DNA of 64,000 nucleotides from Calditrichia bacterium (GTDB taxonomy: Bacteria; Calditrichota; Calditrichia; JAJRVZ01): NCBI GenBank assembly GCA_963796965.1, contig CAWCNS010000004.1, positions 64,001-128,000 on the forward strand, written 5' to 3'. Below, piece by piece: positions 19,840 to 30,342 of the stretch (position 1 is the stretch's first letter; each line of letters begins with the position of its first letter). The notes under the pieces were generated by a model. It had not been told where the DNA came from. It ran no database searches and saw only the letters and a list, made by a program, of their open reading frames with translations. Both the position numbers and the translations under genes were made by a program.

Positions 19840-22311
19840 ATGTTAAACTTTTCCGTGGTTGATGCCGGCTCCATAAAGGGGGGTGTTAAAACTAATCAGG
19901 GAAATCCTCTAAGTGGTGTGAATATATCTGTCCAAGATAAAAGCATTTCCACAACTTCCAATCAATTTGGATTGTACGCTGTGGATAATCTGCCCTCGGG
20001 CACATATGAGATTTCCTTCAATTATGTTGGGTATAAATCTGTAGTGATTAGTGTAACGCTTGGTGGTGAGGAAACCAATATTCAAAATGTTATCCTGGTT
20101 GAAGAAATTTTATCAATGAATGCGATTCTTGTCTCTTCGCAGAAAAGAATTGAACAGGTTCAGGATGTTCCTATTACAATGGCTGTTCTCGATAAGGATT
20201 TTCTCCAACAGAATACTAATGTTAATATGGATGTATTATCCGGATACGTCCCGGGTTTATTTGTCAATTCATTTAGCAATAATCGTCCCAATTATGTGGT
20301 TCGGGGATTGACCAGTGATGCTTTTCTTGCAACAGCTCAACCGCGGGTATCTGTTTTTTACAATAATATTCCAATCAGCAGAAATACCGGGGCCTTAATC
20401 GAACTTTACGATATGGAAAGAATTGAAGTTCTGAAGGGACCCCAGGGAACACTCTTTGGCCGCGGTGCTCAAATTGGTGCAATTCATTTGATTAGCAATA
20501 AACCAAAAAACTATTTCCAGGGTGAGTTTTCCGTTGGAATGGGTAATCATGGACAACAAATTTTCAACGGGATAATTAACTTACCCATCACTGATAATAT
20601 TTATTCCCGCTTTACCGGAACCTATACAAAAAGGGATGGTTTTCTCAACAATACATTTGGCGGAGGGCTAAATGAAAAGAAAACGGCAGCATTCAGAGCC
20701 TCTTTGAGATACATTCAAAATGAAAATACCATCATGGATCTGATGTTTGATTATCAGGAGGATCATCCCGGGGGCACAGCGTTTATGAGTCGAACCTATC
20801 CAAACCAAGTGGGTCAGGTAAATGTGTTTGGAAAGACAGCCTCTTTTGAACGTGGCGTGGATTTAGGCCTGGAAAGAAAAATAATAAATCTCAATTTTAA
20901 TCTCCATCATTATTTTAACAGCAATCTCGATCTTAATACATTTTTATCTTACCGGAAGCATCGTGCTGATGAGATATGGGAGGGTGATGGATCTGCCGCG
21001 CCTTCATTAGATTTTGAAGAGGATGTAGCTGTCAATCAAATTACTTTTGAATCCCGGCTTAATTTTAAACTTGGTCATAACCTGGATGGATTTGCCGGTA
21101 TTAGCTACTGGCGTGAAGAGGTTGACCAATCAGTACGCTTCAGTCCGAATGAACAGAGTCTCTTTTTTCTATTTGTTAACCCCCCGGGACTTATAGATGA
21201 AAAGGGTAACCCAAACTTTATGCCAGCGATCCCACCAATTCCGGAATTTGGAGAGCTAGGTGGATTGCCACTTCCTACCGACCATGTGGAAGAATCTTTC
21301 CAGAGAGCTGGAAATGAAGCATTGGAATCCTTTATTGATGGTACTTATAATTTTAGTAATAAACTAAATTTGACGGCTGGTTTAAGATTTATTATAGATC
21401 GTATTTCACTGGATGCGCAAAATAAATTTTTGTCCGGTCAACCATCTACATTGGGACTCTTAACGGGAAACTATCCAAATGTATTATTTGCCACTGGAGA
21501 AGTCTCCGATATGGACGAAAAGTTTCAGGCCCTTGTGGGAAGAGTAGTTGCCGGATATTCCTTCAATGAAAACTTAAAAACCTATGTGGGATATGCACGG
21601 GGAAGGCGTCCGAATGTTATCCAGCTCCGAGCTGATGCGCAGGCGGAGATACTGGATGATGAAAAGGTGAATAATTATGAGGTTGGTCTTAAGGGAATTA
21701 TATCAGATCAATTGTTTTTTGATCTGGCTGCTTATTTTTATAATTATAATGATTTTCAAACACGGGCCTGGGTGGCTGACCAGGAAACCGGTGAGTATCA
21801 ATTAATTGTCAAAGATGGCGGTAAGGCGCATGCCTATGGCTTTGAATCAAGTCTTAGATATTCTCTTACTCAATCTTTAGAACTTTATGCGACTTATGCA
21901 TATATACATGCACGATTTGATCAAACTGACAGCAATGGAAATGAGCAAGAATATGCAGGCAACAAATTCCGTCTGACACCGGATCATTCCTGGTCAGTAA
22001 GAGCAAATTTTGTACAACCCCTCCTGAACTCTGTCAACTTCTTCTTAATACCATCATATACTTATAGATCACATCATTTTTTTGAAGACGATAATACAAA
22101 AGGACTCGAACAGGAGGGATATGGGTTATTCAATCTGCAAACCGGTCTATATTATTATCATTTTCATCTTGAACTAAGCTTTTTCGCCTACAATATTCTC
22201 AACTCAGAATATCTGGTCAGTGCAGGGAACACCGGAAATTTATTTGGGATACCCACCTTCGTCCCAGGGGCACCCCAAACCTATGGCGTCAGATTAAAAT
22301 GGGACTTTTAG
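19840..22311 (+). CDS. TonB-dependent receptor with N-terminal carboxypeptidase-regulatory-like domain (true start probably slightly upstream)
   Basis: SQKRIEQVQDVPI; DMERIEVLKGPQGTLFGRGA plug motif; C-terminal GAPQTYGVRLKWDF. Confidence 0.9.
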   Translation: MLNFSVVDAGSIKGGVKTNQGNPLSGVNISVQDKSISTTSNQFGLYAVDNLPSGTYEISFNYVGYKSVVISVTLGGEETNIQNVILVEEILSMNAILVSSQKRIEQVQDVPITMAVLDKDFLQQNTNVNMDVLSGYVPGLFVNSFSNNRPNYVVRGLTSDAFLATAQPRVSVFYNNIPISRNTGALIELYDMERIEVLKGPQGTLFGRGAQIGAIHLISNKPKNYFQGEFSVGMGNHGQQIFNGIINLPITDNIYSRFTGTYTKRDGFLNNTFGGGLNEKKTAAFRASLRYIQNENTIMDLMFDYQEDHPGGTAFMSRTYPNQVGQVNVFGKTASFERGVDLGLERKIINLNFNLHHYFNSNLDLNTFLSYRKHRADEIWEGDGSAAPSLDFEEDVAVNQITFESRLNFKLGHNLDGFAGISYWREEVDQSVRFSPNEQSLFFLFVNPPGLIDEKGNPNFMPAIPPIPEFGELGGLPLPTDHVEESFQRAGNEALESFIDGTYNFSNKLNLTAGLRFIIDRISLDAQNKFLSGQPSTLGLLTGNYPNVLFATGEVSDMDEKFQALVGRVVAGYSFNENLKTYVGYARGRRPNVIQLRADAQAEILDDEKVNNYEVGLKGIISDQLFFDLAAYFYNYNDFQTRAWVADQETGEYQLIVKDGGKAHAYGFESSLRYSLTQSLELYATYAYIHARFDQTDSNGNEQEYAGNKFRLTPDHSWSVRANFVQPLLNSVNFFLIPSYTYRSHHFFEDDNTKGLEQEGYGLFNLQTGLYYYHFHLELSFFAYNILNSEYLVSAGNTGNLFGIPTFVPGAPQTYGVRLKWDF

Positions 22312-22383
22312 ATGGGTATTTGGAATGGACTCGAGATACCGGATAAGCGATTGGGGTTGTGGAATTTAGAACAGGTATATTGT

Positions 22384-22430
22384 AATTAGGAATTAGGAAT
22401 TAGGAATTAGGAAAAATTAGGCATTGGGCA
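22384..22430. repeat. Heptamer tandem repeat (AATTAGG)x4 plus degenerate units
   Basis: Directly visible between convergent genes. Confidence 0.85.
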
Positions 22431-22554
22431 TTGATTTAACATTTGGATTTTGAAATTGAGCAAACGCTTCGCGATACTCGGTTCGGGAAGGCAATTTTAA
22501 CGATTGTCATCCTGCAAGGATCTTCCGGGGTGTTATAACCATTTTGTCGCCGGA

Positions 22555-24052
22555 TCAGTTTTTTGGTGGGATATCGGTTTGTTTAGCGACTTTAAAAAAA
22601 GAGCGGATTCTATTTACAAGCAAATTGGTCGATACAGAAGATTTAACCAATGGTTGCTGATTGAGCTTCTGCAGCATCTGGGCATTTTGATATTTTCTTT
22701 CGACCAAAATTTCACTGACTTTCTCTATGAATTCCGGGTGATCACGAAAGGTATTGCTCAGGTGTTCACGCTCCAACTGGTAGACGACCAGATCGGTTAT
22801 GGCAATAACGTCTGCTGAACGTGGCTCGCCGGTTAGAAGTGACATCTCTCCGAAAAACTGACCAGGATAAAGTTGGCTTACTCTGACCATTTTGTTCTTT
22901 TCCGGTACCAGAACATCGGCTACCCCTTCAACGAGAATAAACATGGAGTCGCCTTCATCTCCGTTTTTGACGATATCTTCTCCTGATTTGAAAATAAAAT
23001 ACTGCATTTGTTCTGCTAGATTGGCGATCTCTGATTCTGGTAGATGGGAGAAAAGTTCTATTCCGGATACAATACGTGTTCGGTCTGACAAAGAGGCCGA
23101 ATCAAAATGTCGCATAGGCATCTTCTTATAATAAATATCTTCCTTTGGATAAGCCAGGGATATGCCGGCGATTGATAAGTGTTTCAATACGATACTGTTG
23201 ACGATGTCTTTGGACCTGGAGGGGGAAATCTGACGCCAGGAATTGATCCAATAGCGTATTTCATATTCAATTCCCAATTCTGTTGTTTGTTTAATCAATA
23301 TCTCCGGCATGCGCTTATTTACATAACCAGGTTGATCGAGGGTTTCCTTGGCAGCTGCGAAGAGGATACGTCGTACCCGCTCAACCGGAACTGAAAAATC
23401 GATACAAAATACGACCTCCTGGCGGAGTTCAGAGTTAGGAATCCAGAAATTGGTTACAAAACTCGTACTCATCACACTGTTGGGAATGACCACAATTGAA
23501 TTTTCTTCTGTTTTGACACGTGTAGCCCGCCAGTTGATCTCCAGAACCTGGCCAATAATATTTTGTTCAGGCAATCGTTGATAAATCTGGATCCAATCCC
23601 CGATCTGATAGGGTCTCTCGATATTGACGGCTAATCCGGTGAAATATATCCAGGATGATATTTCGTAACGCCAAACCAAGGATTATCGCCACAACCCCGA
23701 GGTTGCCCAAAGTCCTGCAAGAGGTTGATCAAAAACATAATCCGACAATGATCGTCAGGGCAATACCATAAACCAAAAGAGAGACAATATCGATAAGTAA
23801 TTGGGGAACATTGTCTTTTAATGGTCTTTTCGCAAAGCCTTCCCATAAAAATATCTTTAATAACCGATTTGTTAAAAAAGCAGCAGTTACCCAGAATAAT
23901 ATATGAATCGAGTAATATAATATTTTATATGGAAGTGATGAGGGATCAATTTCCCAATAGGATAATAGCGATTGTACATACAACACCAGGACAAGAAAAA
24001 CCGCAAATGCGCTTAAAGGTAATAGGACACGTTTTAATGAATGTAGTATCAT
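22555..24052 (-). CDS. MscS-family mechanosensitive channel with C-terminal cyclic-nucleotide-binding domain (frameshifts at ~23640-23740)
   Basis: N-terminal TM ORF 23729-24052; joined reading GLWATSGVVAIILGLALRNIILDIFTGLAVNIERPYQIGDW; INWRATR; FFGEMSLLTGEPRSADV. Confidence 0.85.
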
Positions 24053-24198
24053 AGTTGGTCAGTTTTGATTTGAAAAGACAGTGTTTTATCTATTATAGAA
24101 GTCGAATAGTTAATACGCAAGAGTAATCGCAAATATTTCAATGCTAAAATGATAAGTTTTTAAATACATGAATAGGTTTATGTAACGGCGCGAATTAA

Positions 24199-25920
24199 GA
24201 GGCTGTGTAGAAACACAGCCTCAATACTTTATTTTTAAGTAAATTTTCAGATTTTTAGTTGTTCTTTGACAATATTATTCCAAAAATGCCCGATTTAGGC
24301 AATGAAAAACAAAATGACTTAGATATCAAGCCATTTTCCAGTCATATCTCTGAATCATATCCATAATATCCTGATATGATTCAATAGATAATAATCGCCT
24401 AAAATTATAAACGGTCGTGAAGATATTTATTTCAGTTGTCACTTTTTTCTTACCTCGGAGAAGCAATGGAATTTTTCCCATCCAATATTTAATCGTACCA
24501 AGGGGATGCTCAACCATTTGCTTGCGAAGATGGATCATTTTCTTAGCGGTGATGCCTGACATACGACGACGATAAGTATCACGCCAACTCTGATTATGAT
24601 AACGTTGGATAAGACGTCCATATTTAGAAGTTGTAAATTGGGTTCTCAACATGCATCGGTCACATTCAATACCTTGATAGACATCGTATCGTTGACCGTT
24701 ATCAACTTTGTTTTTCTGTTTCCTTATTAATCGTTTACCTTCTGAGCAACGGTATTCATCTTGTTCTTCATCATAGTTAAAAGTGATAGGGCGATCATCA
24801 TATCTGTGTTTTGGCCTTGGAACATAACAGGTCGTTTGATTTGTATTTTCGACGTTTTCTATCTGAGTCAGGTTATAGTATCCGCTATCGGTAACGGCAG
24901 CCTCAGGTATTAAATCTGTTTCCTGTTCTAATTCTTTGAGCATCGGTTCTATAAGATTGGTATCGTTTGAGGCATCAAAAACGTGGCTGTGGGCGATCAT
25001 GTGATGGGCCTGATCAACAGCAATCTGGGTATTATAGGCTGGAATCATTCCATCGCGACTGCGCATTAAGTTAGCCTGTGGATCACTCTGGCTAATAGAG
25101 GTTCGTGATTGTGATAGTAAAATATCTTTTTGTTTTTGCAGATTTTCTACCTGTTTCTGAAGTTTGGAGATTTTATCAAGCAAGACCTGATTCGTACTAC
25201 CGGGATCCTTGAAGTCATCATCGGAAGAAGATTCGTCAATTTCTTCTAAAAGATCTTCCCGGCGATCATTTATCAATAACTGTTCTAAATATTGATCAAG
25301 TTTTTTGTCCAAGTGGTCTAAACGATGTTCAATTTTCTTGATGGTTAGCATATCTTTGTTGGTATTGGCTTTCACCTTGCTGCCATCAATAGCAATCAAT
25401 TTTCCCTGGATGTAACCCTTGTCTCTAAGAAAGTGGCGAAACTTTTTAGTAACATATTTAATTGCAGCAGCATTATCTTTGCGGTAGTCAGCAATACTTT
25501 TATGATCGGGTTTAAGGTTGCCTATAAGCCAAATAACTTCGATATTACGATGACATTCGCGTTCTAATTTGCGGCTGGTTTTGATGCTATTTAAATAACC
25601 ATAAAGAAAAAGTTTTAACATCGTTACAGGGTTATAGGCGCGGCGTCCGGAGTTCTTTTGCCCCTTATAGGCAAATTCTTCCGGGTTAGCTGACACAATA
25701 GCATCAATAAGAGCATCGATCAATCGAACGTAATGGTCATAGGGAACCAAGTCATCGAGCGATTGCATGAAAGTAACCTGGTTACGATCATCTGGAAAAA
25801 TATAATGCATAGATATAGTCCGGTTAATTTTAAATAATTAACCTAATTTAATAAATAACAATATATTATGTTAGATTTCTTTAAAAATTTGAGGTTGTGT
25901 GGTTGTTTTCACACAACCTC
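24199..25920 (-). mobile_element. Complete IS1182-family insertion sequence, 1722 bp, with TTAA target duplication
   Basis: Terminal IRs GAGGCTGTGTAGAAAC / GTTTTCACACAACCTC; TTAA at 24195-24198 and 25921-25924; single transposase ORF. Confidence 0.9.
24326..25810 (-). CDS. IS1182-family DDE transposase
   Basis: GRRAYNP..MLKLFLYGY..SRKLE..PDHKSIADYR; AIDGSKVKAN; AYNTQIAVD; TDSGY; RKQMVEHPLGTIK. Confidence 0.93.
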   Translation of the reverse strand: MHYIFPDDRNQVTFMQSLDDLVPYDHYVRLIDALIDAIVSANPEEFAYKGQKNSGRRAYNPVTMLKLFLYGYLNSIKTSRKLERECHRNIEVIWLIGNLKPDHKSIADYRKDNAAAIKYVTKKFRHFLRDKGYIQGKLIAIDGSKVKANTNKDMLTIKKIEHRLDHLDKKLDQYLEQLLINDRREDLLEEIDESSSDDDFKDPGSTNQVLLDKISKLQKQVENLQKQKDILLSQSRTSISQSDPQANLMRSRDGMIPAYNTQIAVDQAHHMIAHSHVFDASNDTNLIEPMLKELEQETDLIPEAAVTDSGYYNLTQIENVENTNQTTCYVPRPKHRYDDRPITFNYDEEQDEYRCSEGKRLIRKQKNKVDNGQRYDVYQGIECDRCMLRTQFTTSKYGRLIQRYHNQSWRDTYRRRMSGITAKKMIHLRKQMVEHPLGTIKYWMGKIPLLLRGKKKVTTEINIFTTVYNFRRLLSIESYQDIMDMIQRYDWKMA

Positions 25921-26099
25921 TTAATCGCGCCGCTACCTTTTACATAGTTTAAATTATCCGGTAAAGAATTAGATATGTATTCATAAAACGAGATCTCCGA
26001 TGGTTTATTGATTTCCTGAAAAAATAGTTATAGCATAATAGGATAAAAATATTTATTATATTTCACCTTACATAGTTCACTCCTATTAGGAGATATACA

Positions 26100-26981
26100 A
26101 TGATATCTCGAAGAAATTTAACCAAAATTTCTGCTCTCAGTCTTAGTGGGTTAATGATTCCCGCATTAAGTAGCAGGGCCGGTATTTCATCGAATAAGGA
26201 GGAAAAGCAAACCTATGAAAACCATATGAAGGGAATTCGAATTCTTCCGGGGCATTGGCGACCCCATTATCCTTTTGAGCAGATTGCATGGGTCAGTCCA
26301 CCCTGGCCTAGTCAGGATTATATTTGGTTAGATTTTCCAGAGGCGATATTTACCAGCATCGGTCTCATATTCTTAAGTCATGTTAACCCACCCTTTCCTG
26401 TCGTTTTTCCGGATTTACCGCGCGTACCCTGGATTGAAACTGCGGGAGGATTAAAATTTGACAGGGCATTGCCAAATGGTATTCACTTTGGGGGTTCAGT
26501 TCTAAAAAAGGATAACAATGTAGTTGCACTTAAACTCTATATAGATAATGGAAGCAACAAACCACTTAAAAGAATTAAACTACAAACCTGTGCTTATTTA
26601 AGGGCCATTCAGGAATTTGGTGAATATACCTATGCGAACAAGCTTGTTCATGTCCCGGAGAAGGGTTGGATGAAATTTGCTGAGGCCCGGGATAGTGGTA
26701 TAAAATCAGGGCGATTTAAACTTGGTTGGCGTAGTGGGCCCGCGGCATGTGATCTTCCTGTAATGATTACTCTCTCAAATCAGGAAAAGCGTCTTGTTGG
26801 AATGACCTGGTACGACAGTACCAATACCATGGTTTCAAATCCTGAGCGTCCCTGTATGCATGCCGATCCGGTTTTTTCAGATCTGGAGCCGGGACAGCGG
26901 GCTGATATTTATGGCGAGTTGTTATTTTTTGAGGGAAGTCCGGATGATTTTACTGCCTGGTTTAAAGATCGCTGGAAATAA
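26100..26981 (+). CDS. Tat-exported hypothetical protein
   Basis: SRRNL twin-arginine signal; RBS AGGAG; WLDFPEAIF, CMHADP motifs; no family recognised. Confidence 0.75.
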   Translation: MISRRNLTKISALSLSGLMIPALSSRAGISSNKEEKQTYENHMKGIRILPGHWRPHYPFEQIAWVSPPWPSQDYIWLDFPEAIFTSIGLIFLSHVNPPFPVVFPDLPRVPWIETAGGLKFDRALPNGIHFGGSVLKKDNNVVALKLYIDNGSNKPLKRIKLQTCAYLRAIQEFGEYTYANKLVHVPEKGWMKFAEARDSGIKSGRFKLGWRSGPAACDLPVMITLSNQEKRLVGMTWYDSTNTMVSNPERPCMHADPVFSDLEPGQRADIYGELLFFEGSPDDFTAWFKDRWK

Positions 26982-26993
26982 ATCAAAATTCTT

Positions 26994-27214
26994 ACCGCAA
27001 AGACGCCAAGGTTACGCAAAGTTCGCAAAGAAAAATTTAGGTTTTTAGATTATACCAACTCTAAATCTTGATTATCAACCAAAAATCTTTACAAAACTGA
27101 ATTAAAAATATATTATAAACAAATATGATTTTAAAACAAAAATATTGACAAACCAATAATCCAAAATCGAGTTAAAACTTCCCGTGCTTTGCGCCTTCCT
27201 TGCGTCTTTGCGGT
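26994..27214. repeat. CGCAAAG-unit inverted-repeat element, copy 1
   Basis: ACCGCAAAGACGCCAAGG.. pairs with ..CCTTGCGTCTTTGCGGT around an AT-rich spacer. Confidence 0.85.
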
Positions 27215-27282
27215 TAGAATCTCTATCTTGGAATTACAGGTGTGCGGGCAAAAGCAAAACAACAAGTAAGAAGGGATACGAA

Positions 27283-30200
27283 TTGTATAATAAAATATTA
27301 AATAACATTTTCATATTCAGTTTATTCGTTGCACTTATTGCATCAATAATAGGATGTGATAGTCAAAAAGAACTATATCGTAACGATTTGTTGGCGAATT
27401 TCAAAAATCCGCCAAAGGCAGCCCATCCTGGCGTGTACTGGTATTTTATGGATGGAAATCTTTCGCGAACAGAGATGACCGCCGATCTGGAATCGATGAA
27501 AGAGGCGGGAATTTTCCATTTGGTTTTTTTAGAGGTAAATGTTGGGGTTCCACGGGGATCGGTTGATTTGTTAAGTGAGGAATGGCAGGACTTGTTCAAA
27601 CATGCTGTGCGGGAAGCGGAAAGATTAGGAATTGAAATTACTCTTGGAGTAGGACCAGGCTGGTCAGGTAGTGGGGGACCCTGGGTCAAACCTGAGCAAT
27701 CCATGCAGCACTTGGTTGCAAGTATAACAGAAGTTGAGGGACCAATAAAATTTTCTGGAAAGCTTCCTGTTCCTTTACCACGGCGCCCCTATTTTGGCGA
27801 GGGTGGATTAACAGAAAAAATGAGAGAGCAATGGTTATTCTTTTATGAGGATGTATGTGTATTAGCTTTTCCCACGCCCAAACAAGGAGGAAAAATTGAG
27901 GATAGTGATGAAAAGGCCCTCTATTACCGTGCCCCTTATAGCTCACGTCCAAAGGTAAAACCTTTTTTGGCAATGCCGGGAACCTATCAGACAATTCCGG
28001 AAGGTTCAGCGATTCAAAAAAATGAAATAGTAGAGTTAACAAGTGCTTTGCAGGAGGACGGTCGTCTCGCCTGGAATGTGCCAGAAGGTGGCTGGACGAT
28101 TATGCGTTTTGGCAAGCGAAATAATGGCGCTATTACAAGACCGGCTCCCCAACCCGGTTTGGGGTTCGAAAGCGATAAATTTGACCGTCAGGCATTTGAT
28201 GACCATTTTGATAAATACGTCGGAACCTTAATTAGAAAAGTGCAGCCGAAGAAGGTTAAAAGTGGTGGTGGCTGGACTATGCTCCATATGGATAGCTGGG
28301 AGATGGGGGCTCAAAACTGGACAAAAGAATTTCAAAAAGAATTTAAATCACGACGTGGTTATGATTTGTTGCCTTTTTTACCTACCTATCTGGGTTTTTG
28401 CGTAGAGAACATGGAAATGAGTGAGCGGTTTTTGTGGGATATTCGTAAAACTGCCCAGGAATTGGTCCTGGAAAATCATGCAGGTCGCATCAAGGAATTG
28501 GGACGTCAATACAATTTTGGACTTTCTATTGAACCCTATGATATGAATCCCTGTGCCGATCTGGATCTTGGGGCTCTTGCCGATGTTCCCATGTGCGAGT
28601 TCTGGAGTATAGGTTATGGTTTTAATACTTCCTACAGTTGTTTTGAAGCCACATCCATTGCCCATATTACCGGCCAGCCGGTTGTTGCTGCCGAGGCATT
28701 TACCGCATCGGGTAAAGAAGCCTGGAAATTATATCCCGGTAAAATGAAAAATCAAGGTGACTGGGCCCTGAGCACGGGGATTAATCGGTTTGTTTACCAT
28801 ACTTTTGCTCATAAGCCTTTAGGGTCTATCTATCGCCCGGGAATGTCAATGGGACCTTATGGGGTTCATTGGGATCGCGGACAGACCTGGTGGCCTTTTG
28901 TTTCCACTTATCATAAATATATTGCACGTTGCTCGTATTTACTGCAACAGGGAAATACAGAAGCGGATATCTTGTATCTCACGCCTGAGGGTGCACCACA
29001 TGTTTTTTTACCACCTCGTTCGGCACTGACGGAGAACGACACTATTCCTGACCGTCGTGGATATAATTTTGACGGTTGTTCTCCAGATCTGCTCATCTCT
29101 CTGGCTACTGTTGAGGATAATAAAATTGTATTTCCGGGGGGCGCATCCTACCCAATTATGGTTCTCCCCGCTGTAAAAACTATGACACCCGAATTGCTGA
29201 ATAAATTAGAATTATTAGTAAAGCAGGGCGCATCAATTATTGGTACACCACCTTCCACATCTCCCAGCCTGGTCAATTATCCTCAATGCGATATCCAGGT
29301 CAGTTCTGTGGCAGATAGGCTATGGGGAGGAATGCAAATACCAAAACATTTAACAGTTCGCTACTATGGTGAGGGAAAGATTTTTTGGGGTGGGGATGCT
29401 TCTCTTCCAGATTCTGCGGGGCTATATCCTGAATATAATACAACGGCTAAAATATTAGAAGTAGAAGGTGTTATAGAGGACTTTAGGTCAACGGGTCCTA
29501 TTCGTTATACACATCGTCGAACCGACGATCTTGATATATATTTTGTTTCCAACCGCAGTGATAAGCAGATAAATGTCGATTGTGAATTCCGTATTAATGA
29601 GGGCGTCCCTGAATTATGGGATCCGCAAACTGGAGAAGCCCGTTTATTACCAGACTATAGCCATAAGGAAGGGGTAACACGTCTATCCCTTGAATTCGAC
29701 GTCCACCAAAGCTATTTTATTCTTTTTGATAAAAACAGAAAAACATCCCTGAAAGGAGGGGATGATAACAATTTTAAACAAAAAAGAATGTTAGCAGCAG
29801 TTGAAGGCCCCTGGCAGGTTTCTTTTGATCCAAAATGGGGTGGACCGGAATCAGTTATATTTAATTATTTAGATGATTGGACAAAGCGCCCTGAAAAGGG
29901 GATCCGTTATTATTCCGGTATTGCCGTTTATCGTCAAGCATTTGATTTACCGGTAAACATAACCCTGAATGAAAATTCGAAATTGTATCTTGATCTGGGT
30001 GAGGTAAATCACCTGGCCCGCGTCCATCTTAATGGTGAAGTTTTAGGTGTCCTATGGACGGCGCCTTGGTCTGTAGATATTTCGGGAGCCGTACGACGGC
30101 AAGATAATGCATTGGAAATTGAGGTGGTTAATCTGTGGCCAAACCGGCTTATCGGTGATGAACAATTACCGTTTGATGGTATTAAGGATGGTCAATGGCC

Positions 30201-30333
30201 TGACTGGTTGGTTAAAGGGCAAAAACGAAGCAGCGGCCGATATACCTTTACCGTTCGTCAACATTATAAGGCGGATTCACCATTGATAAAATCCGGACTC
30301 ATCGGCCCGGTTAGAATAGTCCGTCTAGAATAA
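27283..30333 (+). CDS. Glycoside hydrolase family 106 (alpha-L-rhamnosidase-like) lipoprotein
   Basis: WYFMDGN..MTADLESMKEAG, GWSGSGGPW, HMDSWE, PMCEFW, AAEAFT, NLWPNRLIGD, SGLIGPV; TTG start 27283 after AAGGGA gives lipobox IIGC. Confidence 0.85.
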   Translation: MYNKILNNIFIFSLFVALIASIIGCDSQKELYRNDLLANFKNPPKAAHPGVYWYFMDGNLSRTEMTADLESMKEAGIFHLVFLEVNVGVPRGSVDLLSEEWQDLFKHAVREAERLGIEITLGVGPGWSGSGGPWVKPEQSMQHLVASITEVEGPIKFSGKLPVPLPRRPYFGEGGLTEKMREQWLFFYEDVCVLAFPTPKQGGKIEDSDEKALYYRAPYSSRPKVKPFLAMPGTYQTIPEGSAIQKNEIVELTSALQEDGRLAWNVPEGGWTIMRFGKRNNGAITRPAPQPGLGFESDKFDRQAFDDHFDKYVGTLIRKVQPKKVKSGGGWTMLHMDSWEMGAQNWTKEFQKEFKSRRGYDLLPFLPTYLGFCVENMEMSERFLWDIRKTAQELVLENHAGRIKELGRQYNFGLSIEPYDMNPCADLDLGALADVPMCEFWSIGYGFNTSYSCFEATSIAHITGQPVVAAEAFTASGKEAWKLYPGKMKNQGDWALSTGINRFVYHTFAHKPLGSIYRPGMSMGPYGVHWDRGQTWWPFVSTYHKYIARCSYLLQQGNTEADILYLTPEGAPHVFLPPRSALTENDTIPDRRGYNFDGCSPDLLISLATVEDNKIVFPGGASYPIMVLPAVKTMTPELLNKLELLVKQGASIIGTPPSTSPSLVNYPQCDIQVSSVADRLWGGMQIPKHLTVRYYGEGKIFWGGDASLPDSAGLYPEYNTTAKILEVEGVIEDFRSTGPIRYTHRRTDDLDIYFVSNRSDKQINVDCEFRINEGVPELWDPQTGEARLLPDYSHKEGVTRLSLEFDVHQSYFILFDKNRKTSLKGGDDNNFKQKRMLAAVEGPWQVSFDPKWGGPESVIFNYLDDWTKRPEKGIRYYSGIAVYRQAFDLPVNITLNENSKLYLDLGEVNHLARVHLNGEVLGVLWTAPWSVDISGAVRRQDNALEIEVVNLWPNRLIGDEQLPFDGIKDGQWPDWLVKGQKRSSGRYTFTVRQHYKADSPLIKSGLIGPVRIVRLE

Positions 30334-30342
30334 TACGTATCA

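Noticed and set aside
24182..24198. Integron attC site at the IS target
   Set aside because: The restored palindrome is only 29 bp, too short for attC, and there is no integrase or cassette array; it fits a REP-like hairpin better
27184..27282. N-terminal extensions in the ORF track (27184, 37243, 62145, 13095, 9430)
   Set aside because: They translate intergenic repeats or overlap upstream genes; downstream starts give proper RBS and/or signal peptides or match paralogue starts
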